DNA of 63,803 bases, the filler included, from Octopus bimaculoides (lineage: Eukaryota), in assembly GCF_001194135.2 (NCBI RefSeq). It is 5 parts of 5 records of this genome, joined end to end, with 100 filler letters (N's around TTAATTAATTAA, not from the genome) between each part and the next. Parts side by side here need not be neighbours in the genome. Positions count along the whole stretch, not along the records: positions 1 to 14,919 come from NC_068985.1; 4 more parts are not named here. One strand, written 5' to 3'. Both the position numbers and the translations under genes were made by a program. The notes beneath the pieces were generated by a model. The model saw only the letters and a program-made list of their open reading frames with translations. It was not told where the DNA came from and ran no database searches. The stretch's first letter is position 1, and the number at the start of each line of letters is the position of its first letter. Of this stretch, positions 1-10,639 are shown piece by piece.

Positions 1-4
1 CGCC

Positions 5-336
5 TATAGGAAAGTTGGTTATACATCATTAGATGTATACCTGACTTTCCTATATAAAATTAATGAATATAACGGAACGCTGAACTCCAGACTATCAACT
101 TAAACAACATTTATTCAGGTGGTACGGAATATATACATCTTTAGTTCTTGTTGTTACAGCTTCTGTTGTTGGGACGTTGTTATGTAGATGGTGAGCGAGC
201 TGTCGAGTGTAAGTCCGAAAGATGTAGAGAGACAGCTTAACACGTCCATGCTCATGGTCGGCCGACCGTAAAAGAGAAAGATTGAAGCGGGAACGCTTGG
301 CTGTTGAATTCCACGCATGCGCACGATGTTACTACA
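5..336 (-). mobile_element. Solo LTR (Gypsy-like) with 4-bp TSD, inserted into a CR1-type LINE
   Basis: On the minus strand it reads TGTAGTAAC...AATAAA...CTTTCCTATA, flanked by CGCC at 1-4 and 337-340 (a 5-bp CGCCT reading is also possible). About 80% similar by eye to 32583-32942 in the opposite orientation. Confidence 0.7.
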
Positions 337-1345
337 CGCCTTTCAATAGTCCCGGGAATACGGCGGTATCTGGCGACTTTTGAAATAGTACCTTTAATGA
401 TTTCATGGGGCGGTTTTTGCACGTTCTTTAGCAATATAACTGGGATACCATCTGATACAGATGCTGAGTTTTAATCTAAATCATTAATAGCTACAAGTAT
501 GTCATCTTCCATGATATTAATTTTAAGATGTGTCTCTGCGCTTGAGTTTTAGGGATCAAAGAATTCGTTTGGATTATGTACTATTTTGTTAACTATAGGT
601 TGAGAAAGTGCATTATATTCTTGACCCAAAAATGTAGATATTTGTGGTCGATCATTTGCATATGATGCATTTTGATCCATTACAGAGCCAATGTGGTTAT
701 GTGTTTGGTTCTTTTATGTATTATTTTCTGTCTATATCGTGGAATCAAATTTTTGTGGGAAAAGGCGTTTATTTGGGACATGCTTTCGACAGATCTTGAT
801 TAGCTTTTCATACAAAAACTTCATTCCCACGTTAATACTGAGATTGCTAGTACTCTGAGACCAATTTCTTTTGCGGATTTCAGCTCCGATCGGCTTTCCT
901 GAAACTCAAGTTCATGATGAGTGAGTCATGCTTGAGGTTATTTGTGTGTGTTGCCATATTTGTACCATATACAGATAATTGCATAATGCTTTGGCTGGAA
1001 ATAGCTGTGGGAATGACCTGAACATTGTGAATGAAGTCTGTATTAATGGTAAAAACTAGGTCGAGTATGTTATTTTCCCTAATTGGACGGGTAATGATTT
1101 GTTGTATAGAAAAGTTTTTAGTGGTATCGAGGAGAGCGTTCATATCCCTCCTCTTCGGTTGCTTAGTTCCAGGCTGGATATAACCCTCAGATCAGCTACG
1201 ACTAGTAAAATTAAAGACCCCTGTTAAAAGTACATTGGTCCGTGTGCTGGCCTCAGCTAGGGTTCGACTTATGAGCGATAAAACACCTCTGAAGTGATCT
1301 TTGTGATTAACTGCGTCAGGATGACGATAGGTAATGCGTATAATA
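337..1345 (-). pseudogene. Degenerate CR1/L2-type LINE ORF2 (APE C-half, linker and RT start)
   Basis: Minus-strand translations ITYRHPD...NVLLTGVFNF, QQIITRPIRENNILDLVFT...LSFRKAD and DDILVAINDLD*NSASVSDGIPVILLKN match APE motifs and the K-S-x-G-P-D-G-I RT entry. Contains stops and frameshifts. Confidence 0.8.
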
Positions 1346-1695
1346 TTATTTCCTTTTTATATAGATTAGTCTGAAATTGTCGAATACATTTCTTGATGGA
1401 ATTTCGCAAATTAGGTAATTTCGGGGTTAGCCTGCAATCACTTACAATTGGTAGTCATAAATTCCCTTGGGAATTTTAAGCCCAGCTTCATCACTTTAAT
1501 ATATTTATCTATTTTTGTTCTTTGTTGTTTTGAAACGAAATCTAACTTCAACTAACTTCAAGCATCTTAATTTTTTAGACACTATTTTTTGAAACTGGTA
1601 AAATTATGTAGGGGAGTGCAAATTTTGATCTTGCACCACCTGAAAATTCCAGGAGGTGCAGGTGCACCCACTGCACACCCTGTTCCAGGGCCCTT

Positions 1696-1825
1696 GCTTT
1701 CGCCATCACTTACTGGTTCTCCTCGGTTTTACAGGAATGACTTTGGTGAGAGAGTTTGGAAAGCCAGACTACTCCATCACTATGACAACCAACCCATAGT
1801 GGACTGAAATAACGGAAGCCCTATT
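1696..1825 (+). pseudogene. Helitron Rep domain fragment
   Basis: LSPSLTGSPRFY, then a frameshift, then GMTLVREFGKPDYSITMTTNP*WTEITEALF. This matches the Helitron Rep stretch LPSSFTGSPRYM...AMAIVRKYGKPDLFITFTCNPKWPEI. Confidence 0.8.
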
Positions 1826-1925
1826 TGGTTCTGGGAACAATGAGAATACATTGGCTTTGGTTCTGGGAACAATGTACATATGTATTGGCTTTGGTTCTGG
1901 GAACAATGTGCATATATTGGCTTTG
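1822..1925. repeat. Minisatellite of about 32 bp, 3 copies
   Basis: TTTGGTTCTGGGAACAATG...ATTGGC repeated three times immediately after the Helitron fragment. Confidence 0.9.
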
Positions 1926-2444
1926 GACACAAAGTATAAGGGTTTGAAAGGAATCTACAGTGACAATGTTGTCTATAAGAAAATTCTTTAAGAAAATTAT
2001 AGTAAGTTTCACTTTTTACTTTCAAACTACAAACAGGAGCTCAGCTAGTAATATATAATCATAAAAATATAATAGGATTTTTTAAAACCATCAAATGACT
2101 ACGAGGGTCCACCCAGGTAAAATATGAATTTATATATGTAGATATACAAAAAAATTGTTGAGAAGCACAAGTTCAGAGTGTGGTCATTAAATAACATGTG
2201 ATAATGTGAAGTGTTATTATTTTGTGCCTTTTGTGGTTTGTTATGATTTGCAGTGGCAAGATAGATGTTTTATATAGTTCACGATCGATCGAATGTCTTG
2301 TATGACTTGTCATGAAATGTTCTGATGTGTAGTCTGTTCATTATGTTACAGCATAATTATATTTTTAGGTGTAAGGAGGTGCGTGTGGTGGTGTTGGATA
2401 GGAATGATAGCAATATGGGTATGGACGTGTGTGTAGTGGTGTTG

Positions 2445-2485
2445 GATTTATTTGCTATTCATTCTAAATGAATAGCAAATAAATC
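2445..2485. repeat. Perfect palindrome, 19-bp arms, 3-nt loop
   Basis: GATTTATTTGCTATTCATT-CTA-AATGAATAGCAAATAAATC. Confidence 0.95.
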
Positions 2486-2752
2486 TATCACCTACTTTCC
2501 CTGAGTACATACAGAAATAGCCGCATAGCTAGATTGGCCTTCATACTGGAAGGAAGGGATAGACATCCCTCTGTGATTCATCCAATAATGCAGTATTGCA
2601 TGAGGAATCAATGATGATGATCAACCCACAAATAATACGGACTATACTGTACTAATGATACCGACTCTGATGTTAAAATCATGTGATTTGGGGAAACGCA
2701 CGTAGCGATGTTTTAAATAGTTATAAATTCTATCCTAGAATTATTGTTATTG

Positions 2753-2814
<62 letters not shown>

Positions 2815-2889
2815 GAAAGAGAGAGAGTTAGAGAGATACCAATACCAAGGTAGACAGACAGACAGATATATATATATATATATATATAT

Positions 2890-2940
<51 letters not shown>
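2753..2940. repeat. Compound microsatellite (AT)n(GT)n(AT)n / (AGAT)n
   Basis: Seen directly in the sequence. Confidence 0.95.
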
Positions 2941-2941
<1 letters not shown>

Positions 2942-3189
2942 GTGTGTTTGTGTGCGCGTGTATGCGTGTTTCTCTGCATCAGTTCGATATTGTGACTGTG
3001 AGCAACGCATCTTTGTGCGCTGTTTTGTTCTATTTCCTATATATCTTCTTTATTTCTTCGTTTTGCTTTATGTCTGATGCAAGTGTTATAGAGATGCTTG
3101 CAACCAATTTCTATCCTAATTTTTTTGTCTTCGTAGTATGTGTAAGTTTGTTTGTTAAGTGATGATTTTTTTCTTCTTATTATTAAGAA

Positions 3190-3375
3190 CGGGGACAGGG
3201 GATGTGGCACGTGTTACTTAACGCCGGTTGTTTATTGAGGTCAGCAGTCTAATTGCTTGACGTTGACGTTCAGGATTTGTGTTACTGTGTCTAAGGAGTG
3301 GTGGAAAGAAATGGCGGTGATGTCATCTGCATAAAAGTATGTACGAACAGGCGCAGGGATGTTTATCCGTGTGGT
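3190..3375 (-). pseudogene. Non-LTR RT fragment containing YADD (Jockey/I-like)
   Basis: Minus-strand translation NIPAPVRTYFYADDITAISFHHSLDTVTQILNVNVKQLDC*. Confidence 0.65.
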
Positions 3376-3619
3376 AAATAGTTTGCTTCTCAACAGCATG
3401 GTTCCAGGTCCGGTCCCAGCACGTGGTACTGTGGGTAAGGGACTTCTACTATAACCCCAGGCCCTTCAAAGTCTTCTGAGTGGATTTGAAAGACGGAATC
3501 TTAAACAAGCCTGTCGTATCTTTTATATTTTGCTTGTTTCCATAATTAGATTGCGGCCACAGTTACGCGTGACGCTACTCTATCTCACACACACACAAAC
3601 ACACAGAGAAACATATATA

Positions 3620-4270
3620 TTCCTCTTTACTACTACGTATCTCTCTTTACCCCTCTCGTTCTTCCTCTGTTACTACTACGTATCTCCTTTTTCCCCCATC
3701 GTACTTCCTCTCTTCCTCTCGCTGCTCACCTATTCTTCTACTTCCTCCCTTTGTTTCTCCCTCTACCACTCTCTCTCTCTCTTCCCCTTACACCGGCATG
3801 GTCACATGCTTCCGGTCAATAATCCTTTTCTTCCTTGGCTATCGCCGAGCAAACACGCGAACTTACTTCGTCCCCACTTTCAAGTTCGTGCCTCACAGCG
3901 TTCATACACATAATTTTTCCCGTCTGGCCGTATAGCCTTTTCTGTTTGTTTTCCTGTCTTGTTTTTTGTCCGCCACTACATTCCTCCATGGCAAGGTTTA
4001 ATTTGTGTATACAAATTTAATTTGCGGTCCATGGGAAGAGCCGTTTTAGCGATGCGTCCTGCCCAGCTCTTCGAAACGCCGGTGTTAAAACGGGGGTAGC
4101 TGATGAAGAAGAATGTTCTCTATGTGGCTTGTGTGTTTTCTCGTCTACGTTTTGTTTGCAATGTCCTGTACCCAGATATGCACCTATACATACAGGTGGA
4201 TGTCGGTATGCACATACCTGCACGTATATATGCATATACTCATTTACTATTTGTTTATATATATATATTA
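3620..4270 (+). mobile_element. Unclassified non-coding repeat with a pyrimidine-rich 5' part, ending in (AT)n; possibly Penelope-derived
   Basis: Long CT-rich tract, then hammerhead-like pieces GAAACGCCGGTGTT and CTGATGA in permuted order (4071-4104), then an (AT)n end. Confidence 0.3.
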
Positions 4271-4277
4271 TACTATA

Positions 4278-4645
4278 CTTGTTTCAGTCATTTGACTTCG
4301 ACCATGTTGGGGCACTGCCATGAAAGGTATTTTTAGTCGAACAAATCAACCCCAGGACATTTTTTTAAGCCTAGTACTCATTCTATCGGTTTCTGTTGAC
4401 AAACTGCTAGATTACGGAGACGTAAACAGACCAACACCGGTTGTCAAGCGGTGGGGTGGGGGACAAACACAGATCCAAAGGCGCGCGCGCACACACACAT
4501 ATATATACGACCGGATTCTTACAGTTTCCTCTACCAAATCCACACACAAAGCTGTGGTCGCCTCAGGCTATAGTAGAAGACACTTGCCCAAGTTGTCACA
4601 TAGTGGATCGATCCTGGAACCATGTGGTTGAAAAACAAACTTCGT
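4278..4645 (-). mobile_element. SINE-like family A copy
   Basis: Reverse complement of the motif GTGTGGTAAGAAGCTTGCTTCCCAACC...CCTTGGGCAAGTGTCTT...GACTGAAACAAGT, which recurs many times in the window. Confidence 0.8.
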
Positions 4646-5114
4646 ACCTCACAGCCACGCCCTCCCCCTCTCCCCCCCACACACATGACGTGCATTATTC
4701 ATTTTTCGCTTGCCAAGGGCTTTGGTCGTCTTAGGCTATAAAAGAAAATACTTAACCTAAGTGCCACGAAGTGGGACTGAATCCCGAACTAAGTGGTTGA
4801 GGAACTAACTTCTTACTACACAGCCACGCTTCTGACTGCATGTGCACGTGTTTGTGTGTGTGCGTGTGTGTTCTCCCCACCCCACCGTAGTTTGTTTACT
4901 GTAAACTTCACGTCTCTGTAATTTGGTGGTTCGGTAAAAAGAGACCAATAAAAGAAATTCTAGGCTTAAAAACAAGTGCTGGGGTCGATTTATTCGACTA
5001 ACCCAGGGTCCATATGATCCTTGGGGATCCGTGTAAGATTTTGTTGATAAGATTTGTGCTTTATACTTCTACAGTACACAAAATAGCTTAAGTTTTTTTA
5101 TTATTCATGGGTGT

Positions 5115-5520
5115 AGGCGTGGCTATGTGGTAAGAAGCTTGCTTTCCAACCATATGGTTCGGGGCTCAGTCCCACCGCGTAGTACCTTGGGCAAATGTTT
5201 TCTACTATGGTCTCAGGCTGATCAAAGCCTTGTGAGTGGATTTGACAGACGGAAATTGAAAGAAGCCTATCGTATATATGTATGTATGTGTGTACGTACG
5301 TGTGTGTATGGCTTTGTGTCTGTGTTTGTCCGTCACCGACCGCTTGGCAACCGGTGTTGGTGTGTTTACGTCCCTGTAACTTGGCGGTTCGGTAAAATGG
5401 ACCGATATAATAAGCTTAAAAAGTACTGGGATCGATAATTCAACACTGGACTAAACTCTTCAAGGAAACAGTGCCCCAGTATGACCGCTCTCTTATGAGG
5501 GGAACAAGTAAAAGTTAAAC
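5115..5520 (+). mobile_element. SINE-like family A, full length
   Basis: Head GTGGTAAGAAGCTTGC, CORE-like CCTTGGGCAAATGTTTT, internal (GT)n, A-rich tail. Confidence 0.85.
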
Positions 5521-5540
5521 TATGAATGGTTTGTGGAGTA

Positions 5541-5759
5541 TCTTTTATCTTTTACTTGTTTCAGTCATTGACTGGGGCCATACTGGGGCACCGCCTTGAA
5601 GGACTTTTAGTCGAACAAATCTACCCCAGAACTTATTTGTTTTCAAGCCTAATACTTATCGATCTCTTTTTGCCAAACAGCTAAGTGACGGAGACATAAA
5701 CATACCAGCATCTGTTGTCAAGCATTGGTTGGGGACAAACACAGACACAGACAGACAGG

Positions 5760-5800
<41 letters not shown>

Positions 5801-5912
5801 ACACGATGGGCTTCTTTTAGTTTCCATCTACCAAATCCACTCCCAAGGTTTTGGTCGACCTGAGGATATAGTAGAAGACACTTACCCAAGGTGCCAGGCA
5901 CTGGGACTGAAC
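5541..5912 (-). mobile_element. SINE-like family A, tail-to-tail with the previous copy
   Basis: Reverse complement of 5115-5520, separated by about 20 bp. Confidence 0.85.
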
Positions 5913-6442
5913 CACGCCCCCACCTAATAAATTTCGTTTGATGAATTTCGAAATATTTTTCTCAATTTCCGGGTTCTGGGTTATTGGCCTTCAAACAGTT
6001 TAAGCTAAAAAAAAATTAATAAAAAAAATCTGTGAACCAAATTGAACAGATCCAGCCGTGCACTAATTCTAATTGAACATGCCTATAAGCAAAGAGGTGC
6101 AAACTGTGACTGTCCTGTCTTCTTTCAAATAGTCTGCATCCAAGACCCTGTTACACAATGCGCTCTTCATTTATGACAGTAGCGTACAATGTGAGGGACA
6201 TTTAGCTGCTATTTCTAGCAGCTTGAATAGTTATGCAGAGCAGTCAAAGGCAACCTGCGGCGTGAAGGACTTTCTAAATGGCACGTCTAATGAAAAACTA
6301 TCGTCTGCCAAATAGAAATATGTGTCTCCTGCAGTCATCTCGAAACTAGTTGTTCATGCCTGACGTAAAGGCTGTCTTTGTTACAAGTAGTAGTAGTAGT
6401 AGCTGTTGTTGTTGTTGGCGCTGCTACTGCTGCTGTTGTTAT

Positions 6443-6635
6443 TGTTTAACCTCAGATCAGTCCTGATCGAGTGAATTTATAATCAAAGACATTCCAGCTG
6501 TTACCATCCCGTCTGTTTCCTATGTACTAGGAACACGACACCACATCATCCAACATGACTTTTTCTAAGACATTACATTGTGATCCGAGAGATCATTACT
6601 ACTATGTCAAACAGATCGAGCCGTGAGCAAGTTGG
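6443..6635 (+). repeat. Dispersed repeat family E (unclassified)
   Basis: Motif TGTTTAGCCCCAGGTCAG...ACCTATGATCAAAGGCATTCCAG...GTGTGATTTGAGGGAGATTTGGCTGCTATTTCTAG. Other copies lie near 6135, 33340, 35140, 35775, 36465, 37330, 37500, 38420, 45440 and 55995. Confidence 0.75.
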
Positions 6636-6643
6636 CCTATTAT

Positions 6644-6693
6644 TCACAACACTCACTGACCTATATGACCATATAGGTCAGTGAGTGTTGTGA
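6644..6693. repeat. Perfect palindrome, 24-bp arms, 2-nt loop
   Basis: TCACAACACTCACTGACCTATATG-AC-CATATAGGTCAGTGAGTGTTGTGA. Confidence 0.95.
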
Positions 6694-6892
6694 TTCCTTA
6701 ATTCTTTAAGACCGTAGGTGTTTTAAATTAAAGTGAGTGATATCAAACCCAGAGGCTTTTGTGTTCTAGCTATCCCTAAATGCATTTCTAATACAGTACA
6801 GTGACATAGTGAGAATGCGTGCCACCTGGAGTAGCCCTTGAGTTCAGCCTCACCTTGAGCCCTCAAGCTGATTTAGCAAACCCAAACGTGTA

Positions 6893-7035
6893 AGGCATGT
6901 AGCTTAGTGGTTAGGGTGTTGGACTCATGATCGTAAGATTGTGGTTTTGACTCTTGGCCCGGGCGAGGCGTTGTGTTCTTGAACAAAACACTTCACTTCA
7001 CATTGTTCCAGTCCACTTAGCTGTAGAAATGAGTT
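6893..7035 (+). mobile_element. tRNA-derived SINE (family D, CORE-like body)
   Basis: A-box-like TAGCTTAGTGGTTAG, degenerate B box, then GTTGTGTTCTTGAACAAAACACTT. Related heads occur at about 22580 (-), 41180 (-), 52645 (+) and 61030 (+). Confidence 0.75.
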
Positions 7036-7900
7036 TAGCCTGGAGAGAGATGGGCTCCATCAGGCTTTCTCGCTCTTGGTATGCTGCATGGCTGCAGCAC
7101 TGCAACGACCTCCAAGGGGTTAAGGGACTTGTCAATTATTAAAAGTTTCACACCCATAAAAGCATCCTTGCCTTGATATAACTACTGTTCTGATATTTGA
7201 TAGACAGAATGGGTTAAAGCCATAATTTGGACAGAACATACATATTTTGCATTTTGTTTCAGGTTTCGTTGCTTCTTTGTGTTTTTCTTTTCTCTCTCTC
7301 CCTTTTGGTGGTGGTGAAGAGGCTGAGTGACTGTCTGTGCATCAGCATTTCCCTGGGGCTTGGCCTCCAGATCTGTGACCCCCGTTAATGTTGCTGTGTA
7401 ATCTTCTGTGGATTCTTTCATGCCATCATAGTGCTGGCCACCTTCCACACCATGCCACCCTTAACAAAATCATAAAGCATGGCCTAGATGCTGCAGGCGG
7501 CCCTTGCCAGCTCAAGCCAATGGGGCTAGACTGAGGGGACGGTAAAAGGTCAGGCAGTATGACAATTTTCCTGTTCCATGACAGCAGGCTTCCTCATCTG
7601 TAATGCTACATGCTGTGATACCTTTTCTAGTGGCAACTTAGTGTGGTCAGCTATCAGCCCAGGCCTCACTGTTTGTCAGAATGAGAAAAGCAAACTGTCA
7701 AGGTATCGGTCAATCTTTGACAGGTTTATGATCAAGTCTATAGCAGTGGAGATCTCTAAAGTTCTCAGCCCCCACACCATATCTCTGCTCATTGCTATGC
7801 TATCGGGGCAGAGAAGGCTATTTGCAAATGCGAGCTCTGTGGGTCAGAGTGACTGTTCCAGTACAGCTCCCTCACTATCCTCCAGGGCAATGCCTTTTCT
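7030..7900 (-). pseudogene. Possible heavily decayed CRE-like (RLE-type) non-LTR remnant
   Basis: Minus-strand IIDKSLNPLEVVAVLQPCSIPRARKPDGAHLSP resembles the LNDIIxRxL...EPxGL..DGKRPDGxTLxP motif. An upstream RYGVGLRT (with a frameshift) resembles RxGGLGLR. Confidence 0.3.
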
Positions 7901-8087
7901 ATTTTATCTGCTGGAACCATGAAGTGATCCAACTTACAGGAAATTGTACGTTCCATTCCTTAAATACTTAAATTCAAGTCTAATGGATCAAAGCCACCAG
8001 GCTGCTGCCATGCATTCAAACATGAAACAAACAAAAAAATTCAAACAAAAAACAGCCAACCACACAAAATTTTCTGAATTGATGAAC

Positions 8088-8307
8088 TACAAGGAGGTGC
8101 TGAAAAGTTCCTGGCTTTAAAAATATTACGAAAGATCTGGTTGGAGGTCCAAACTTCTGAATTCTTTTACAGGGCTTAGAAAAACTGAAGGACCATTGTA
8201 ATAAATGTGTTGATCTGCGAGGGGAATATGTTGGATAAAATCATAATTAACTGATCCTCCTGTATTTTCTTTACCCATAGCTAGGAACTTTTCAGCATGC
8301 CTTTGTA
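8088..8307 (+). mobile_element. Non-autonomous mariner derivative (internal deletion)
   Basis: TA-flanked TIRs TACAAGGAGGTGCTGAAAAGTTCCTGGCT / AGCTAGGAACTTTTCAGCATGCCTTTGTA. The interior encodes the mariner C-terminus FYRA*KN.../LKDHCNKCVDLRGEYVG*. Confidence 0.85.
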
Positions 8308-8958
8308 TGTTTTCGTTTTTGTAAAGTGTTTAATAGAAGTGGTTTACCAGCTGTGTTATCTCATTATTTTATTTGTTATCTGAAGTAGGGGTTTCATGAT
8401 ATCGTTCTGGGATGAGTTTCGGAAACATTACTTCCATGGTGTAGTGTTTTACAGATTGCTTTTTATGATTTTTGTGGTTTTTATGGGATGCAACTATTTT
8501 CATAATTATTCTCTTGTTTCATTTCCTGCTGCTGATACTTTATTTCTGTTGTATGTGAATTATTTTAGAAGCAGCATTTGGTTTTTATCAAGCTGGTTAT
8601 TTCGGCTATGTAAGTGAGATTTCAATTTTTCGTATTTCCTTGTAGAGTCTGCATTTTGAGAGTATCTTTAATTATTTTGTTTTTTGTATGTGTATATATA
8701 TATATGAATATATGTGAATATATCGTTTATGTATGAGAAAAAGAAAACGGAGAAATTGACATATAGACATCAGTTTATTAAAACATATTCAATTCCAAAC
8801 AAAAACAAACTCAAAGCACCTACAATTGCCTCCATGCCCAATTAATTCAATTTGAGAAATTAAATTGAATTAAAGCTTCATATTGAATATAGCTAATTGG
8901 ACACTTCGTCAGGGGAAGAATTTAATAGAAAGGAGTTATGTTCCAATGTATTGGTAAT

Positions 8959-8988
8959 CTAACCCTAACCCTAACCGTAACCCTAACC
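8959..8988. repeat. Five telomere-like (CTAACC) units
   Basis: CTAACC CTAACC CTAACC GTAACC CTAACC. Confidence 0.85.
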
Positions 8989-9264
8989 TTAATTCTTAGT
9001 AGAAAATTTTTTTNNNNNNNNNNNNNNNNNNNNNNNNNNNNNNNNNNNNNNNNNNNNNNNNNNNNNNNNNNNNNNNNNNNNNNNNNNNTGAAAAAGTTAA
9101 AAATGAAGAATTTAGGGGGTGGGGGGGAATGTCAAAATGCCGATTTTTGCCAATTTTTTTCAGATTCATATTCTTCGTAGCCGAAAACGGGGGTTTGTGT
9201 AAAAAAAATTAAATAAAAAAAGGGGTGTTTGGGGGGAGGGGTACAAATTTAGTTTTGCCAATCC

Positions 9265-9684
9265 ATTTGTGAGCGTGCGTATGTAATATGTTGAGAAACA
9301 AAAATAGTCGTTAGCTTATTCGATATTTCTATACAATTACTTTAACTAGAAACTAAAAACATTGTTCTTAATTTACATTATTACTTATGATAGATCAAAA
9401 TGTCAGTAAAGTATTTAATCACTTACGAAATTTGTTATAAGTCACCCAGTTGCAATCTCTAGTAATTATAGTTAAATAATAAATTATAATTATAATTTCA
9501 TAATTGAAACCATAGCTGTGTATGTGTAATATTTTTTTTATATATTTGTGCATGTGTGTGTGTTAATGTGTTGAAAGCTATGAGATGATGATGTATCGAG
9601 TTGCTTACTATTTACCATAGCTGAATATTATGTCATCAACATTTGTGCACAATATGTTTAGTTATATAATAGTGAGAACAGATA
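9265..9684 (-). repeat. Unclassified AT-rich repeat of about 420 bp, downstream of the Penelope remnant
   Basis: Aligns by eye (roughly 70-75%) with 13833-14269 in the opposite orientation. Confidence 0.75.
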
Positions 9685-10021
9685 CAAATGATCTTAACTG
9701 AGGAAAGCATTAACGTTAACAAATCAAAATAATAAAAATTTAAATCATTATCAAATTAATACTTAGTATCTTTAACGTAATATTACCTATTATTTTTTTT
9801 AAATAATAATGATCACAAATTCCTGAGACACATACTTAAATCAAAGTCCTAGTAACCTTTATATAATACAGCTACTTGTAAATAAAACCTTATATTCATA
9901 ATTACCATTTATTTTATATTTTAACATTAATATATCTACTAAGAATTATCTAATCTTTTTAGTTATAATTTTTAATATTTCAATCCTGAGATACCCATCT
10001 AATTTATAGTCCTAGTAACCT

Positions 10022-10639
10022 TTACATTGTATTTAATGGCAGCTTTTGAAAGCATATTTACAGGTATGCATACAGGATAACCTATAACCCAACCTCTTTT
10101 TTGGTGTCACGGAGACTACGTCTAGAATTTAAGATCTGGAATAACTCTTCCACACAGAGAAAACAATAGGTATTTCCAATTTTATAGGTACCAGCCCTGC
10201 TTATTATTTCCCACTCCACAGTAAACATTTTATTCTTGTCCTTCAAGTCCCAAATAAATTCGCTAAGGTTAGTATAAGACAGCTTATTTTTATTATTAAA
10301 GGTTTAACTGTGGTTAGCGATACGTTTTTTAAAATAGTTTTCTGTTGAACCGATGTAAAAGAAACTCTTACCTTCAGATTTCACTCTACATCTATATAAC
10401 ACGTTTTGTTTACAATAATTATTAAACAAACAGTTATTTCTAACTTTGCAATCACAATATTTATTTTCATTTCTATTCATATTTCTATTTTGATTAATAT
10501 CATTACAGTCAGTATAATTGTTGCTTACAGTGTTATTTCTATTCCTCAGATTAAGAAGGTATTCAACGTGGGCTGTTTCTCCACCGTATATTAGAAGATC
10601 TTTGTATATATTCTTTACTAACATTATAAAGACATACAC
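10022..10639 (-). pseudogene. Penelope-like element GIY-YIG endonuclease remnant
   Basis: CDCKVRNNCLFNNYCKQNVLYRCRV...FYIGSTENYFKKRIANHS*TF...TNLSEFIWDLKDKN...WEII...CFLCVEE...SCMH matches the Penelope C-terminal CxC-GIY-YIG-CxxC pattern. One in-frame stop. A direct repeat TCCTGAGA...AGTCCTAGTAACCTTTA occurs at about 9821 and 9986. Confidence 0.85.

Noticed and set aside
4025-4125. Hammerhead-like pieces GAAGAGC...GCTCTTC-GAAAC and a downstream CTGATGA
   Set aside because: There is no CUGANGA before the stem, and no stem I hairpin for a permuted (type II) topology, so it cannot be folded into a complete ribozyme.
9575-9625. Possible decayed hammerhead between AGCTATG and CATAGCT
   Set aside because: Both core boxes are broken, and the homologous copy at about 13895-13945 does not preserve the pattern.
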